The notes beneath the pieces are model-generated. The model worked only from the letters and a program-made list of their open reading frames with translations, searched no databases and was not told where the DNA came from. Of a stretch of 20,000 nt of DNA, positions 6,198 to 15,090 are shown piece after piece (the first letter of the stretch is position 1; each line of letters opens with the position of its first letter). The position numbers were made by a program, and so were the translations under genes. Where the stretch lies: IMG/VR virus record IMGVR_UViG_3300008117_000046. One strand, given 5' to 3'. Source of the DNA: an uncultured virus (IMG/VR IMGVR_UViG_3300008117_000046) (taxonomy: Duplodnaviria > Heunggongvirae > Uroviricota > Caudoviricetes).

Positions 6198-7458
6198 ACA
6201 AACTATCCTCCTCTATATCTACCATCAGCTCAACATTACTAATCTGCTGTGCATTGAATTTATTAGTATCTCCGCTACTAGAACTACTCATACGGCCTGT
6301 ACTGGTGCCGATGGTCTGGTAACGGGCGTGGACATTACCTGTGCGCGGGTTAATAAGGGCCGCCCAGTTAGTACTAACCATCTTGGTCAGCTTCTTATAT
6401 CGCAGTAGATCTGATATAACCTGAATACCCAGGTCGCGTATACCCTCCTCATTAGTGGCGCCATCCTCGTCATCCTCGCTATCTAGTTCCCGCAGCACTG
6501 TTTCTAGTGTCTTCTGCTGCAGGTTATCTAGCTCAACGGGGAGGAGCTTCTGGATACGACTCACTAAGGCAGTGGGGTTGTTCAATAGGACCGTTATCTT
6601 ATCAGGTACTACTAGAGTCACCTGAGGGGCCCCCGAGTTCCAATCGACTACCTGATCTACGCTGAAGTCGAAGTGAGCACTCATACGCAGCTTATAATTA
6701 TCTAGCTCTGATTGAGCTGTACTCAGAAAGTTGCCCATGACATTCATGTTAATGGGCAATCCATTCCATTCCATGCGCGCTATTTCCATAAAGGCGGCCT
6801 GGTCTATCTCTTCTACTTGGGGCATCTCATAGGTATAGAGTAATTCATTGCGTAGTAGAGTATAGGCCTCTAGCAGGAGGCTAGTGTAATTAGAATTACG
6901 AGGGGCCCCTACATCTAGAGCGGCGTACTGTAATTGAGCGGGTGTTAACTCACCTGACCAGTCACTACTAGCGAGTTCCTTATTCAAAGGAGTATCTAGT
7001 ATATCACGTACTAGACTACCATAAGAATAGCCTCTAGTACGGCCCGCCTTGAATCCAGTAGCAGCGCCTATCTGCTGAAATAGCACCATAGCGCAGTATA
7101 TATTATCAGGCCATACGCCCCACGTAGCTTGCGTTACTAGGGCTTCGAAGCGTGCGTTGAAACAGACCTTCCTGACACTATTATCAAGCCATATGTCCCG
7201 TATCTCAGTAGGCCAGTCTAGGGCGCGGAGATCAATCACATACGGTATTGTATTACCGGGCCAGTTAATTTGTAGCAGGCGGGCTACTAACGTATGGGGA
7301 TCCAGTGCACTAGCTTGGGGCCCCCATGTTTCTACATCTGCATAGGTTTCATAGTCCATAGCGAGTAGAGGGCGGCCCCTTAGTTCTAGTAGTAGTGCAT
7401 CTAGCTCCTCTCGAGTAGTGATATACTCTAGGTCAATTAGATCAGTATTAACTCTCAT
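6184..7458 (-). CDS. Family A DNA polymerase, N-terminal half (3'-5' exonuclease, thumb, TGRMSS motif)
   Basis: ExoI AMDYET, ExoII FNARFE, ExoIII QYAALD, MEWNGLPIN, and NPRTGNVHARYQTIGTSTGRMSS...NAQQI (equivalent to TGRLSS..PNLQNIP). Confidence 0.9.
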   Translation of the reverse strand: MRVNTDLIDLEYITTREELDALLLELRGRPLLAMDYETYADVETWGPQASALDPHTLVARLLQINWPGNTIPYVIDLRALDWPTEIRDIWLDNSVRKVCFNARFEALVTQATWGVWPDNIYCAMVLFQQIGAATGFKAGRTRGYSYGSLVRDILDTPLNKELASSDWSGELTPAQLQYAALDVGAPRNSNYTSLLLEAYTLLRNELLYTYEMPQVEEIDQAAFMEIARMEWNGLPINMNVMGNFLSTAQSELDNYKLRMSAHFDFSVDQVVDWNSGAPQVTLVVPDKITVLLNNPTALVSRIQKLLPVELDNLQQKTLETVLRELDSEDDEDGATNEEGIRDLGIQVISDLLRYKKLTKMVSTNWAALINPRTGNVHARYQTIGTSTGRMSSSSSGDTNKFNAQQISNVELMVDIEEDSLFEDN

Positions 7459-8099
7459 ACACCACTCGAGCCGAAGCCGCGGGGGCCCCGCGCAGTAGCA
7501 CCTAAGTCAACCTCATCTCGTACGAGATACTTAGATAAGTCCCCCATATCGGCTACCAGTTCGAATGTGAATTGGGCAATACGGGCCCCATCACCGAATA
7601 GATGAACATCGCAACTTCTATTCTCTAGTAGCACTAGGATCTCCCCTACGTATGTCTCCATATCATCGAGGCCCGGCGTATTAGCTACACTAATACCATG
7701 CTTAGCTAATCCTGAGCGGGGCTGGATACGACCAATACGCACTAGGCGACCTATACCCATCTCTACTAACTTATCCTGAGTTTCTTCAGGTAAACCAGGC
7801 GAGGTTACATAGAAGCCTGTATGGACAGGGACAGATTGACCTGGCAGCAGGACATAGAAGCCCTTCTCATCGAGTAGGCATGTTTCTAGTGCATCTTTTA
7901 TATGACTATGCTCTACGAGACTCCCATTAACGAATAGATCACTCTCAGACTCTAACATTTTCTGTAGTGATAGATGCTTTAAGAGACACTCAGCTACGAA
8001 CTTATGCTCTTCTGTGACGCGGGCCTTAAGATCATACCCACCATCCCGACTATTATTCTTAGTAGGGAGATAACGGTCTGCGGTAACGAATGTTTTCAT
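7455..8099 (-). CDS. dut: Trimeric dUTPase with insertions
   Basis: Motifs GYDL, PRSGLA, GLDDMETYVGEI, RIAQ and RGPRGFGSSG. Likely start is the ATG at 8099 (MKTFV). Confidence 0.9.
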   Translation of the reverse strand: MKTFVTADRYLPTKNNSRDGGYDLKARVTEEHKFVAECLLKHLSLQKMLESESDLFVNGSLVEHSHIKDALETCLLDEKGFYVLLPGQSVPVHTGFYVTSPGLPEETQDKLVEMGIGRLVRIGRIQPRSGLAKHGISVANTPGLDDMETYVGEILVLLENRSCDVHLFGDGARIAQFTFELVADMGDLSKYLVRDEVDLGATARGPRGFGSSGV

Positions 8100-8151
8100 A
8101 AAAAAGACCTGTCTAGACAGGTCAGGTAATAAGTAAGAATAAGGATTATAT

Positions 8152-8361
8152 CTAGTGTGAACTATCTCGGTGTTTACCCATACCGAAAGCCCCCATGGAG
8201 CCTGCAGCGAGATCACGAAATATGTTCATTGCCATTTCGATAATCTGTGTCTGCTCTGGACTAATAGTACGATGAGTACTAAAAACAGCAAGAAATAAAG
8301 AGCATGAAGCACAACCTAATGCTAGGTAGAATGCAAGAGCAGTATCAGAAATGCGAGGCAT
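8152..8361 (-). CDS. Small predicted membrane protein, 69 aa
   Basis: Hydrophobic segment ALAFYLALGCASCSLFLAVF; starts 2 nt after the phoH stop. Confidence 0.6.
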   Translation of the reverse strand: MPRISDTALAFYLALGCASCSLFLAVFSTHRTISPEQTQIIEMAMNIFRDLAAGSMGAFGMGKHRDSSH

Positions 8362-8363
8362 GG

Positions 8364-9035
8364 TTAATAACGCGATAGGACGTGCTGAATGATACGATGA
8401 CGTTGAATATCCTCTGGTTCGAAGCGTGTTATAGCTACATCATCAAGGCCCACAAATCTATGTAGCGCATCAGCTAGACCATTAGGTGCGCTAAGCTCTC
8501 CTAAATCAGCCTGTCCCAAATCGCCTATTACTACTACCTTACTGTTCTCAGCAACACGAGTTAATACTGCCTTGAGCCCATTGATAGATATGTTCTGGGC
8601 CTCATCTACTATGATTAGCGAGTTACGAAAGGAGCGGCCCCGAATGAGGCTAACTACTGTAGGAATAATATACTCATTCTCGATAGCGGCCTTAGCATCC
8701 CCCTCACTCATGAAGGTTATTAGATTATCCAGCACAGGCGCCGCGAGGGGCCATATCTTCTCTAGTAGAGAGCCCTTGAGATAACCGACATCACGCTCAT
8801 CCTTAACACCAACATTAGGTCGTACGTATATAATTCTCTCTAGCCCATTCTCAGGCGCATTAATCATAGTAATAGCAGTATGAAGTGCAAGTAGCGTCTT
8901 ACCGCATCCTGGCACCCCATTGGCTATGGTTATTGTATTGCGCTTGATGTTCTTAACAAATGCGCGCTGGTTTTCTGTAGCTGGGCGAATGAGAGTATGC
9001 GTACGGAAGACGGGGCCTGCGTTGTTTCTTCGCAT
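8364..9035 (-). CDS. phoH: PhoH-family ATPase
   Basis: GVPGCGKT, GYLKGSLLEK, IRGRSF, IIVDEAQN, LTRV, GDLGQAD, IQRH. Confidence 0.95.
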   Translation of the reverse strand: MRRNNAGPVFRTHTLIRPATENQRAFVKNIKRNTITIANGVPGCGKTLLALHTAITMINAPENGLERIIYVRPNVGVKDERDVGYLKGSLLEKIWPLAAPVLDNLITFMSEGDAKAAIENEYIIPTVVSLIRGRSFRNSLIIVDEAQNISINGLKAVLTRVAENSKVVVIGDLGQADLGELSAPNGLADALHRFVGLDDVAITRFEPEDIQRHRIIQHVLSRY

Positions 9036-9092
9036 GATAATGGTTTCAAGACAACCATTATCAAGTCATGCAGCAGGCCCCTAAGTGTAGGA

Positions 9093-9908
9093 CTAACAAC
9101 TCACGCCTACGCTCTGGAACTCACGCACTACAGGTTCTGCAACGGACACGCGATTGTGAATCATTTGCATCAGGTAGTGCTGTAAGTTATCCTCTGTGTA
9201 GGGTAGGCGTACCAGGATTTCATTGCCCAGTGAGTTAGTTAGAGTATGAACTAAGTGGATCTTATCCACTTCACGGTATCCCTCTTCGACATAACTGAAG
9301 AAGCGATATTCTGACACCTTCACCATACCGTAGTCAACCGACAGTACGTGCTGAGGCTGTACTTCCACATCGGACATAACACCCTGATCTGGGCACAGCG
9401 AAATAATCCAGTCCAGACTGCCTAGACGCAGAGGTTCGTCATTCTGTGTAACCACAGTACCAGGCGTCACTACACTATGCCACTGGCCATTATTATTCCA
9501 GGACGCGCGCTTATAAAGCACGATGTTACCGTCATAGGTAAGGGCTACCTCCTTACTAGCCACTAGATGTTGTAGATCTGCGGTAATCTTCTGGTCGACT
9601 GATTGCAACTTAGTCAGAAAATTAAGGATAGGGGTATAGTCGTACCCCTGGTCAATGAGCTGACTAAGGCGTTGACTCATACTTGGTGTTAGACGCATAT
9701 TCTTGTAGTAATACGCGTTATTTCGCCACGTAACACTATAATCAGTAGCGCTTTGTAGTGGGTGGCTATCAAATTCAAAGTCAATATTGCGCGCTAGTGC
9801 ATCAGATAACTGATTAAAGAGTGTCGGATAGGTGGGTTTGTCGACAGTAATAACGCTATCCCCATCGAAAAAGGATAGGCTATTACTCAACTGGACATAA
9901 TTAAACAT
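9093..9908 (-). CDS. rIIB: rIIB-like protein
   Basis: Directly downstream of rIIA-like gene. PILNFLTKL...ALTYDGNIVLYK...VEVQPQHVLSV..KVSEY pattern of rIIB homologues. Confidence 0.7.
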   Translation of the reverse strand: MFNYVQLSNSLSFFDGDSVITVDKPTYPTLFNQLSDALARNIDFEFDSHPLQSATDYSVTWRNNAYYYKNMRLTPSMSQRLSQLIDQGYDYTPILNFLTKLQSVDQKITADLQHLVASKEVALTYDGNIVLYKRASWNNNGQWHSVVTPGTVVTQNDEPLRLGSLDWIISLCPDQGVMSDVEVQPQHVLSVDYGMVKVSEYRFFSYVEEGYREVDKIHLVHTLTNSLGNEILVRLPYTEDNLQHYLMQMIHNRVSVAEPVVREFQSVGVSC

Positions 9909-9936
9909 TAGGAATCTCCACTTAGTTTATATTGAG

Positions 9937-12330
9937 TTAGGCAACAACTTGGTCCAACGGACTAGGCCCTCCCAAGCTATTGCCCTGCACCTTGTAGTAA
10001 GCACTAATTAAGGGCATTATAGTATTAGTATCTACTACTTGGCTTTTAGTGTACTCTAGAAATGCACAGGCATCATAATAATCACCTAGTAGGTATTTAA
10101 GCCATACTATACATCTATTACTGCCAGCAGATTCATAAAGTCTCTTTCTTACATCACCATCTGCAGCTATTAAGCCATTGTCTATTAAATGCTGCATAAA
10201 CATCCAGTAGCCATCATCTATTAGAGCCCGGACATTCTTATTGAAGTGTTCAGGATAGGGATAGGTTCTTATAAATGTCTGGATATCAGATAGTGGCCAA
10301 GCAGTAGTGCGCGATAGATATAGGTTATCAGCCCCATATTTTGCAGCTAGTTCATCGTGTTTATCCCTAGCCCACGTGTCTATATCGCGCCACTCGGGAT
10401 AATGAACAGCAATAATCTCAGCCTGTCTAGGTGTCAGATAATATAGATTACTACTATCATCAGCATAATTCCAGTAAGTATATACACCACAATGCGTACA
10501 ACTAGCACAATACACTGCCTTAGTTGGCAGATCACGATAGTCGACTACAGACAGGTGATTGTATATATCCTTAGCATAACGGGAGATATACGATTTATTA
10601 ACTATGCGAATACCGCGCAGGTCGCTTACTCGTAAAGAATCGACTTTCTGTCCCTCTTGCTCCTGATCCTGATCCTGATCCTGCTTTCTCAGCTTTAAAG
10701 GTTTGATAGGTTTAATTAGGCCTGTTACACTCTGGAAGAAGCGTATATAGGGCCACGTGGTGTGAGCCCGCTCCTCTAAGTCTGTATTAGATAATATATC
10801 AGCCCAATCCTCACACTCAGTTACGTCTATCCATAAGATAGGTGTATAATTTGGTATACCAGTAGTAGCGCGAATACTTCTAGCATTATAGTGCCCGCGA
10901 GTTACAACTACTGCTACCCTTTGTATGTCTTCCAAGGTAATGCTATACGCCATACTTTCTATAACATTATCTGTTTTACATACAACACAAGTATTAGCAT
11001 TTAGGCTTCCTGGCACTCGCGAATTATAACGGCGTATATTACGAAGCACACGATACGTATTATACCATTTCCCTTCGTTCATGTCTTCAGAACAGCCTAT
11101 TAACCGCAGATTTCTACTACTCTTTACTATAAGGTGAATAGGTAATATAGTATTATCAACTGGCCCTGCTGGTTCATCCATAACGTTAATTTTAGTATTA
11201 CAGTAGCGTGTACCTCTCCATGTAAAGTACTTATCACCCAGATACCACTTGTTTATGACACCAGTTGCTTTGGTTAACGAATCGCACGCCTCTATTTCTG
11301 CCTGTCTTCTGTCAACTAGATCTTTGATAGCGTTAAGAGATAACTCCTTCAGCTTCTCAATATTAGACTCTGACCACGCGAGGGTCTCGCGTTGTGGGGG
11401 CAGCTCCAGATAACCTATGGGTACTGGAATGATGACAGAATCAACAACATTATATGTCTGCTCCCAATTAGGATCTGTATTGTAGAGATTTATGGAGTAC
11501 CCCTGTTCCTTTAGATAGGTAATAATAGTATCAAATACCTTACTATCTGAAATAGTGTAAGGTATACCGCCGATAGTAAAGCACAGCAGTGTGTATTTAC
11601 GTTTACAAAAGGCCTTACTAATAAAGGGGCCGGGCGCGCCATATTCGTAGTCATAATCATTACGGTAATCCAATAGGCGACGAGTAGTCTCACCTCCCGT
11701 ATCCTCAGGATTATAGATATTAGTAACGGCGCGGGACCACATTACTATACTCATAACCTCATTATAACACTGACGACGGTTGTGTTGTTCTACGATAGGA
11801 ATGGCCACACGCGTGCCACTGCTGTCATTGGAGGGCCGACTATTTAATAGGGCAGCAGTAGGCATGCCATTATTAAGAGAACAGGCATAGATATACTCTA
11901 TACCATTATGGATAGTCGTGACTGTAAATTGACTAGCGATAGCATAGGGGCTCTTGCTACCCAGGCCGTATCCGCCGCACTGAATATTATCACCTCGCTT
12001 AGTGCTAGTCATAAATGTAAAGAAACCCGGCGCACGTTCAGGACTAATACCGATGCCATAATCACGAATGATGAGCTGGTTAGACTGCGGCTCTAAAGAA
12101 CTTATAGCTGGTAATGTAATGTCAACGGGATGATTAGGGCGCCCCGCCTCGACATTAGCATCGACAGCATTAGTGAATATCTCACGTATGACAGCCGTTA
12201 GCTTATTAGTATACATGCGGGAGGTCAATACCTCCATTAGGAGGCGCACACCTACCTCATCGGTAGGGAGCTGATAATTAACTAGACTCACATTAGTGTT
12301 AACAGTGTCTAGATTCTTACATAATTCCAT
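9937..12330 (-). CDS. rIIA: rIIA-like protein with N-terminal GHKL/Hsp90-type ATPase domain
   Basis: MYTNKLTAVIREIFTNAVDA, IRDYGIGIS, STKRGDNIQCGGYGLGSKSPYA, SGTRVAIPI, PPQRETL. Confidence 0.85.
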   Translation of the reverse strand: MELCKNLDTVNTNVSLVNYQLPTDEVGVRLLMEVLTSRMYTNKLTAVIREIFTNAVDANVEAGRPNHPVDITLPAISSLEPQSNQLIIRDYGIGISPERAPGFFTFMTSTKRGDNIQCGGYGLGSKSPYAIASQFTVTTIHNGIEYIYACSLNNGMPTAALLNSRPSNDSSGTRVAIPIVEQHNRRQCYNEVMSIVMWSRAVTNIYNPEDTGGETTRRLLDYRNDYDYEYGAPGPFISKAFCKRKYTLLCFTIGGIPYTISDSKVFDTIITYLKEQGYSINLYNTDPNWEQTYNVVDSVIIPVPIGYLELPPQRETLAWSESNIEKLKELSLNAIKDLVDRRQAEIEACDSLTKATGVINKWYLGDKYFTWRGTRYCNTKINVMDEPAGPVDNTILPIHLIVKSSRNLRLIGCSEDMNEGKWYNTYRVLRNIRRYNSRVPGSLNANTCVVCKTDNVIESMAYSITLEDIQRVAVVVTRGHYNARSIRATTGIPNYTPILWIDVTECEDWADILSNTDLEERAHTTWPYIRFFQSVTGLIKPIKPLKLRKQDQDQDQEQEGQKVDSLRVSDLRGIRIVNKSYISRYAKDIYNHLSVVDYRDLPTKAVYCASCTHCGVYTYWNYADDSSNLYYLTPRQAEIIAVHYPEWRDIDTWARDKHDELAAKYGADNLYLSRTTAWPLSDIQTFIRTYPYPEHFNKNVRALIDDGYWMFMQHLIDNGLIAADGDVRKRLYESAGSNRCIVWLKYLLGDYYDACAFLEYTKSQVVDTNTIMPLISAYYKVQGNSLGGPSPLDQVVA
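10655..10684 (-). repeat. Hexamer microsatellite (CAGGAT)n encoding QDQDQDQEQE in a rIIA linker
   Basis: Plus strand ctcttgctcctgatcctgatcctgatcctg. Confidence 0.7.
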
Positions 12331-12332
12331 AC

Positions 12333-12357
12333 AATAAAGCCCCTCTAACGGAGGGGC
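12333..12357 (-). terminator. Hairpin terminator between nrdB and rIIA
   Basis: GCCCCTC-CGTTA-GAGGGGC followed by TTTATT, ending just before the rIIA ATG. Confidence 0.6.
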
Positions 12358-12381
12358 GGTGTAGTTAATTAATTGTTGTGT

Positions 12382-13428
12382 TTAGATAGAATCCCAACCG
12401 TCTACTACCTTAGCGGGGTTACGGTATATAACACCACTCTCAAAGAAGTTATCTCGAGTGATGGAGTCTTCACCAGTAGTAGCGGCGAATCTATCAAGGT
12501 GGGCGTAGGGATTGCGGCTATACTGGCGCCCCTCAAATACAATAGGTAAGCCTATTGCGCGGGCTCTAATATTACATAGATACTTAGCATATTGTTCAAT
12601 AGTAGTAGCACTAATACCATTCACACCAAGTCCAATATGGAGGCCCCATTCAATCTCATACTCAGCGGCCTTACGGAATAGATCCATAATCTCATCCGTA
12701 TCCCACATGAGTGTACCCTCAGCTAGGCCGGTACGAATTATATTAGCGATTAATTTAAGGTGGGTCTGTTCATCACGCTCGATGAGCTTAATGATATCAG
12801 CTGTAGCGGACATATAGCGCTCATTAGCTATAGCGTAGAATAAGCGGAAGCCCGGAAAGAAGTATATACCCTCTAGTAAGAAATCAGCAACTATACTAAT
12901 AGTATAATTCTCCATAGTCATATCATGAATATACCTATCATAGAGACTCTGGATATACTCACAGCGCCTCAATAACACAGAATCCTCCCGCCATAACTCG
13001 TAGATATAATCTCGCTTATCCGTGGGGATTACAGTCTCGATAATATATGCGTATGACTGAGAGTGTACCTGTTCCTGTGATAACTGCTCGCCCATACATA
13101 TACTAACCTCAGGTGCAGTAATAACAGGCATAAGTAGCGGTAACACGCGGGTCTGTAGACTATCCAAGAAAGTGAGATAGGATAACATACCATCGAAGGC
13201 CCGCCTCATATTAGGGGGCATCGTGACATAGTTATTAATATCAGGCGTGAGATCAGTAGCTTGAGGAATCCATATATTGGCCCTCATCTCTGTAAAGAGA
13301 TGGCTGGCCCATTTGTATTTGACATCCTTTAGATTAATGATATTAGTGGGGTTACCACCAAATAATCTACGCTTCTGGGGGCTATCGTCACCATTGGGAT
13401 TAAAGATAGGGGGGAGATGTACTTGCAT
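12382..13428 (-). CDS. nrdB: Class I ribonucleotide reductase beta subunit
   Basis: Di-metal ligands and radical Tyr: FLDSLQ, QEQVHSQSY, LEGIYFFPGF, RDEQTH; C-terminal NFFE. Confidence 0.95.
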   Translation of the reverse strand: MQVHLPPIFNPNGDDSPQKRRLFGGNPTNIINLKDVKYKWASHLFTEMRANIWIPQATDLTPDINNYVTMPPNMRRAFDGMLSYLTFLDSLQTRVLPLLMPVITAPEVSICMGEQLSQEQVHSQSYAYIIETVIPTDKRDYIYELWREDSVLLRRCEYIQSLYDRYIHDMTMENYTISIVADFLLEGIYFFPGFRLFYAIANERYMSATADIIKLIERDEQTHLKLIANIIRTGLAEGTLMWDTDEIMDLFRKAAEYEIEWGLHIGLGVNGISATTIEQYAKYLCNIRARAIGLPIVFEGRQYSRNPYAHLDRFAATTGEDSITRDNFFESGVIYRNPAKVVDGWDSI

Positions 13429-13432
13429 TAAT

Positions 13433-14227
13433 TTAACGTGGCTTAACCACGAATTGATATGGCTCGGGCCCCTCTGCTTTCAACAATACGTGACTGCTAG
13501 GTACGGTAGTATTGGCAGTAGAGCACAGTATATGAAGAGTATCAGCAGTTAGAGGTAACGAGGCACGTCTCTCAATTAATAAACTCTGGAGGGGTACTTC
13601 TAGTAGGAAATCTTCTATCTCTTCTAGAGTGGCATAACGCTGCTGATCTATAAAATATAGATCATATATTAAGAATATACCACTATATCTACCCCATACT
13701 ACTAGATCTCCGCCCCATGCGCGCATACACGCTGATATAGTCGTGGTGTCATAATCAATACTTACGGGGCCAGAACCAAATACACCATCTATAACGTATA
13801 GAGCGCAGTCTTGACCGAGGGGTAACTCATACCAACTATACATACCCAGGGCCCGCGCTTTGCTATAATCACTGCACTCGGTAAGGCGCGGGGCAGGTAT
13901 AATAGCAGGCAGAGCCGTAGTAAGATAATCAATAGCTAGTTCCTGACTGACATCGTCTCCTAGTTGATAATTAGTGAAATTAGGAGGGGTCTGTAATATT
14001 AACCCCTGACTAGTATGGCCATTGTAACTACGTATCTTAACTCTATAGCCAGCTTTATAGGGCCCTAGCCCATTCCGTAGAATAGAGCCAGGGGCCACAT
14101 AAATACATAGACTACCGACTGCAAACAGTCCGCGTTGCACTATTACCTGGCGATGTTTAATTATAGCCAGCTCTATTGTATTGCCGAGAGGGCGGAGGGC
14201 ACGGATCTCATCAATATAAGCGTGCAT
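13433..14227 (-). CDS. RNA ligase (DRB0094/Rnl2-like) homologue, apparently catalytically degenerate
   Basis: N-terminus IELAII..QVIVQRGLFAVGSLCIYVAPGSIL..RVKIRSYNGHTSQGLIL..GDDVSQELAI matches the DRB0094 N-domain. The motif I position reads YELPLG rather than EKxDG. Confidence 0.6.
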   Translation of the reverse strand: MHAYIDEIRALRPLGNTIELAIIKHRQVIVQRGLFAVGSLCIYVAPGSILRNGLGPYKAGYRVKIRSYNGHTSQGLILQTPPNFTNYQLGDDVSQELAIDYLTTALPAIIPAPRLTECSDYSKARALGMYSWYELPLGQDCALYVIDGVFGSGPVSIDYDTTTISACMRAWGGDLVVWGRYSGIFLIYDLYFIDQQRYATLEEIEDFLLEVPLQSLLIERRASLPLTADTLHILCSTANTTVPSSHVLLKAEGPEPYQFVVKPR

Positions 14228-14789
14228 CTTGGGGTGCTTTAGGTTCTACATTCGTGATTAAGCTCAACTCCTCTTTGAACTCAGCGGCTAGTTCTTGAAG
14301 CTCATCATCGAGCTCCTCCTCCTCCTCGTCGTCATAATCAGGTAACTCGAGTACCCAAGTAGTAGCAAGGCCCATTAACTTAGTAAACTTAGCATAGGCC
14401 TTCTGCCCATCCGGGTCACCTACTGTACGAGGGAGGGCCTTATAGACTAAGCTCCGGAGAGCCTGAAAGTCATCTCGACTGAGGATATTAAACTCGAAAT
14501 CGGGGGCCTCTGGTAACTCAATAGTTAGTAGAATATCACGCAATAGAGCTAACTGAAGGGGCACATTACGGCGGGTACTATGTACAACATCTAGTAGAGT
14601 CTTACGCTCTAGTCTGTCATAGAAGGCTTTAGTAGCTAGCTCAGGTGTCTTATCCCCGGCTGCTACTGAGTTAATGAGAGTAGTGACATAACAATTGTCT
14701 TCTGCACCGAGTAGACTGATAGCGACATCAGTAGTGACTACCTTACCGGCGACCATATTAAAGACGTTACGTACGAGTTGATTATCCAT
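14211..14789 (-). CDS. Hypothetical protein with acidic C-terminal tract
   Basis: Likely start ATG 14789 (MDNQLV) after GGAGA; contains DDEEEEELDDE. Confidence 0.7.
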   Translation of the reverse strand: MDNQLVRNVFNMVAGKVVTTDVAISLLGAEDNCYVTTLINSVAAGDKTPELATKAFYDRLERKTLLDVVHSTRRNVPLQLALLRDILLTIELPEAPDFEFNILSRDDFQALRSLVYKALPRTVGDPDGQKAYAKFTKLMGLATTWVLELPDYDDEEEEELDDELQELAAEFKEELSLITNVEPKAPQDARLY

Positions 14790-14807
14790 ATATCTCCAGA
14801 TAGTGAC

Positions 14808-14832
14808 AAAAAGGGGCGGCTCTCGCCACCCC
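14808..14832 (-). terminator. Intrinsic terminator after nblA
   Basis: GGGGTGGC-GAGA-GCCGCCCC followed by TTTTT. Confidence 0.8.
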
Positions 14833-14841
14833 AAGTAGGTG

Positions 14842-15090
14842 TTAGTGATTAGGTGGGGTCGTTGACTCTAGACCCCAATTCTTCTTGATGATAGCCTTGT
14901 ATAGATTATCTCTAATCATTGCTTGCCTCATCATATCCTTGAGCATATGGCGAGTCTGCTCTAGCGACATCTTATCAATAGTATCTGCCGTAGCGCGCAG
15001 CCGTAATTCTTGCTCAAGTGTTAGTGAATTTGTATCCTTCGTATCCATTGGTACTTCTCCTAGTTTAACTAGCGCAGGATTGGCACTCAT
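14842..15090 (-). CDS. nblA: Phycobilisome degradation protein NblA
   Basis: LTLEQELRL...IDKMSLEQTRHMLKDMMRQAMIRDNLYKAIIK is the NblA signature. Alternative start ATG 15048 with AGGAG RBS. Confidence 0.92.
   Translation of the reverse strand: MSANPALVKLGEVPMDTKDTNSLTLEQELRLRATADTIDKMSLEQTRHMLKDMMRQAMIRDNLYKAIIKKNWGLESTTPPNH

Noticed and set aside
8100..8216. N-terminal 39 aa of the 253-aa dUTPase ORF
   Set aside because: Overlaps the upstream membrane-protein gene; dUTPase similarity begins near ATG 8099.
14790..14834. N-terminal 15 aa of ORF 14211..14834
   Set aside because: Overlaps the nblA terminator; ATG 14789 has a better RBS.
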